A stretch of 64,000 nt of DNA, taken from contig OY968796.1 in assembly GCA_963695545.1 (NCBI GenBank), forward strand, positions 3,136,001 to 3,200,000. Reading direction: 5' to 3'. The DNA is from Terriglobia bacterium. GTDB lineage: Bacteria; Acidobacteriota; Terriglobia; Acidiferrales; UBA7541. Both the position numbers and the translations under genes were made by a program. This document shows, piece after piece, positions 61,412 to 64,000 of this stretch (positions within the stretch are counted from its first letter, which is position 1; each line of letters begins with the position of its first letter). The notes under the pieces are model-generated. The model saw only the letters and a list, made by a program, of their open reading frames with translations, was not told the origin of the DNA and did no database searches.

Positions 61412-61440
61412 CGGGCGGAGGCAAGCTCCGCCCCTACAAA
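61412..61440 (-). repeat. GTAG-type REP-like palindrome, copy 2
   Basis: Reverse complement TTTGTAGGGGCGGAGCTTGCCTCCGCCCG. Confidence 0.75.
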
Positions 61441-61485
61441 GGCACGGCCAACGAAGAAAGCCGGCATGCCGGAAGGATCGGTGGG

Positions 61486-63348
61486 CTATTCGACGGTGAC
61501 GGATTTGGCGAGATTGCGGGGTTGATCGACGTCGCAGCCGCGGCGGACGGCGATGTGGTAGGCGAGAAGTTGCAGCGGGATGATTTCGAGGATGGGGACC
61601 ATGATTTCGGGGGCGCAGGGAATTTCTATGATGTGATCGGAGGCTTCACGAGCCTGGCGATCGCCTTCGGTGACCACGGAGATCACGATGCCGTCGCGGG
61701 CTTTGACTTCCTTGATGTTGGAGACGCTTTTTTCGTAGCGCGTCATGGACGCGGGATCGGATTCATCGCGCGTGGCGATGACCACGACCGGAAGATTGGT
61801 GTCAATCAGGGCGTTAGGACCGTGCTTCATTTCGCCGGCGGGATAGCCTTCGGCGTGGATGTAGGAAATTTCTTTCAGCTTCAGCGCGCCTTCAAGGGCC
61901 ATGGGGTAGTGGATGCCGCGGCCGAGGAAAAGAAAATCGGTGTAGCGGAAAAATTCGCGCGCGAGGGCCTCGAAGACGCCGGCTTCGTCGCCGCGCAAAA
62001 CGGTTTCCATGCGATGCGGCATGCGCGTGAGCTCGAGCAGTAACTTTTTGGAAGTTTCGGTGGAGAGGCGGCTGCGCACCTGGCCAAGATAGAGAGCGAC
62101 GAGCATGAGCGCGGTGAGCTGTCCGGTGAAGGCTTTTGTGGAGGCCACGCCGATCTCTGGCCCCGCGTGGGTGAGAAGCGTGCCGGAAGCTTCGCGCGTG
62201 AGCATCGAGCCCATGACGTTGCAAATCGCCAGTGTTTTCGCGCCTTTTTGCTTGGCCTCGCGCTGGGCCGCGAGCGTGTCCGCGGTTTCGCCGGATTGGC
62301 TGATGAAAATGGCCAGAGTGTTGGGATCGATCAGCGGATCGCGATAGCGGAATTCGCTGCCGTAATCCACTTCGACCGGAATGCGCGCGAGGCGCTCGAT
62401 CATGAATTTTCCGGCGAGCGCGGCGTGCCAACTGGTGCCGCAGGCGACGATTTTCAGATTCCGAAAATCCTGGAATTCTTTTTCGGTGATGTCCATTTCA
62501 TCGAGGAAGACGCGGCCGCTATCGAGCGACATGCGGCCGAGCAGAGTTTCGCGCACGGCGCGCGGCTGCTCGAAGATTTCCTTTTGCATGAAATGCTTGA
62601 AGCCGCCCTTTTCGGCCATGATGGGGTCCCAGGTGACGTGCTGCACGGGGCGCTCGATGGGGCGGCCATCGAAATCCATCAGGCGCACGCCTTGCGGCGT
62701 GAGCACGGCGATATCGCCATCGGCCATGAAGAAAACGTCACGCGTGTGGTAGAGCACGGCGGGAATATCGCTGGCGACGAAATATTCATTCTGGCCGAGG
62801 CCGATGACTGCGGGCGGGCCGAAGCGCGCGGCGACGATTTTGTTGAGGTCGCGCGTGGAGATGACAGCGAGGGCGTAAACGCCGGTGAGTTGACGAACGG
62901 TTTTGCGCACGGCATCTTCGAGAGGTCCATCGCCAAAATTCTTTTCGATCAGGTGGGCGATGACTTCGGTGTCGGTATCGGTGACGAATTTATGTCCTTC
63001 GGTTTGAAGCTGCTGCTTGATTTCGGCGTAATTCTCGATGATGCCGTTATGCACCACGACGATTTCGCCCTTGCAATCGCGATGAGGGTGCGCGTTCTGC
63101 TCGGTGGGGCGGCCGTGGGTGGCCCAGCGCGTGTGGCCGATTCCGTAGACGCCGTCAATCGGAGATAGGCGCAGGGATTCTTCGAGATTGTGGAGTTTGC
63201 CGGGGGCGCGGCGGATTTCGAGCTTGCCGTCCTGGGTGATGACGGCGATGCCGGCGGAATCGTAGCCGCGATATTCGAGGCGCTTGAGGCCGTCGAGAAT
63301 CACTGGGACGACTTTTTTAGGGCCGATGTAACCTACAATTCCGCACAC
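61486..63348 (-). CDS. glmS: Glutamine--fructose-6-phosphate transaminase
   Basis: [34 protein letters not shown]. Confidence 0.98.
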   Translation of the reverse strand: MCGIVGYIGPKKVVPVILDGLKRLEYRGYDSAGIAVITQDGKLEIRRAPGKLHNLEESLRLSPIDGVYGIGHTRWATHGRPTEQNAHPHRDCKGEIVVVHNGIIENYAEIKQQLQTEGHKFVTDTDTEVIAHLIEKNFGDGPLEDAVRKTVRQLTGVYALAVISTRDLNKIVAARFGPPAVIGLGQNEYFVASDIPAVLYHTRDVFFMADGDIAVLTPQGVRLMDFDGRPIERPVQHVTWDPIMAEKGGFKHFMQKEIFEQPRAVRETLLGRMSLDSGRVFLDEMDITEKEFQDFRNLKIVACGTSWHAALAGKFMIERLARIPVEVDYGSEFRYRDPLIDPNTLAIFISQSGETADTLAAQREAKQKGAKTLAICNVMGSMLTREASGTLLTHAGPEIGVASTKAFTGQLTALMLVALYLGQVRSRLSTETSKKLLLELTRMPHRMETVLRGDEAGVFEALAREFFRYTDFLFLGRGIHYPMALEGALKLKEISYIHAEGYPAGEMKHGPNALIDTNLPVVVIATRDESDPASMTRYEKSVSNIKEVKARDGIVISVVTEGDRQAREASDHIIEIPCAPEIMVPILEIIPLQLLAYHIAVRRGCDVDQPRNLAKSVTVE

Positions 63349-63520
63349 GCGATGTTTCTCCTTCGAGGGGCGCGGAAATCGAAAGATTCATTGCCGCGCC
63401 GGGGGAACAAAGCCCGCGTTCCCAGACTAGCATAAGTGACGGATCGATTTCGGGACGAAGCCGGTGCCAGTTTATGTGGTGTGGCCGGCGACGTGGCCGG
63501 AGGGAATTACGTTCGATCGT

Positions 63521-63763
63521 CTAATCGACGATCTCGAAACGAAATTCTTCGATGACCGGATTGCTCAAGACTTCGCGCGCGATGCGTTCGACCTGCTGCG
63601 TGGCGGATTCGCGAGTCGCGCCGTCGAGGGCGAGGACGAAAAACTTGCCCTGGCGGACGTCGCGCACTTCGCGGTGGCCGAGCGAGACGAGCGCTTTTTC
63701 GATCGCTTTGCCTTGCGGATCGAGCACCGTGGTTTTGAGCATCACCCAGACGTGAGCTTTCAC
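63521..63763 (-). CDS. purS: FGAM synthase subunit PurS
   Basis: VLDPQGKAI, VRQGK, LSNPVIE. Confidence 0.95.
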   Translation of the reverse strand: MKAHVWVMLKTTVLDPQGKAIEKALVSLGHREVRDVRQGKFFVLALDGATRESATQQVERIAREVLSNPVIEEFRFEIVD

Positions 63764-63769
63764 AGGCTA

Positions 63770-63778
63770 ATTATAGCA
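63770..63778 (-). promoter_or_regulatory. Extended -10 promoter, leaderless purS
   Basis: TGCTATAAT, 6 nt before the GTG start; no SD sequence. Confidence 0.6.
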
Positions 63779-64000
63779 AGCCCGCGGCATTTCGCCCGCG
63801 TTCAAATTCGGCCTGGAGCGCGTCGCGCTCGGGCACGTCGAGAAACGCGCATTCAAAGCCGGATCGCGCGAGGCGCAGGAGATCTTGCGGCGCGACGCCA
63901 ATGCGGCGGGCCAATTCGTACTCGGCGGTCAGGGAGGTCTCAAACATGGCGGGATCGTCAGCGCCCAGAGTGACGCGCACCCCGCGGCGGAGCAACATTG
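63771..64000 (-). CDS. add: Adenosine deaminase-family protein, C-terminal part
   Basis: GVRVTLGADDPAMFETSLTAEY. Confidence 0.8.
   Translation of the reverse strand, partial: MLLRRGVRVTLGADDPAMFETSLTAEYELARRIGVAPQDLLRLARSGFECAFLDVPERDALQAEFERGRNAAGLL

Noticed and set aside
63349..63520. glmS ribozyme
   Set aside because: The conserved core sequences (AGCGCC..., GACGAGG) are not seen in the leader.

Overview
Bacterial chromosome segment, probably Acidobacteriota (inferred from the acidobacterial-type VWA protein, the secretin-cohesin/pseudopilin operon and uxaE). It has two parts. (1) Bases <1-21003 are an integrated element with no visible capsid genes. Its right end is a 13-nt tRNA-fMet-like 3' end (GCCCCCGCAACCA, putative att) followed by a terminator. 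It carries a large serine recombinase running off the left edge (absent from the ORF track), a trypsin-like protease, an AAA_25/RepA-like helicase followed by an octamer-iteron/AT-rich ori, a PD-(D/E)xK-like protein, an IS3 element that truncates a type IIG-like RM gene at its NPPW motif, a DUF2779 Cas4-like nuclease, a small serine resolvase and an RHH regulator. It also holds a cassette hidden by frameshifts: a Mom-family DNA-modification fusion gene, a HEPN-like gene and a TIR gene co-oriented on the minus strand, with a divergent SIR2 gene. Most frameshifts I could localise are +/-1 changes in short homopolymers, so they may be sequencing errors and these genes may be intact. (2) Bases ~21.2-64 kb are ordinary, intact chromosome: DyP-encapsulin, LLM oxidoreductase, VOC/SRPBCC/MoaD/BNR genes, oligogalacturonate lyase, sulfite/nitrite reductase, OmpA, uxaE-HAD-larA, a three-gene secretin operon, smpB, pepA, argS, metG, tatD, polyprenyl synthase, HDAC, TlpA, POTRA, glmS, purS and a partial add, plus REP-like repeats. 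All calls come from reading motifs by eye; no database searches were run.
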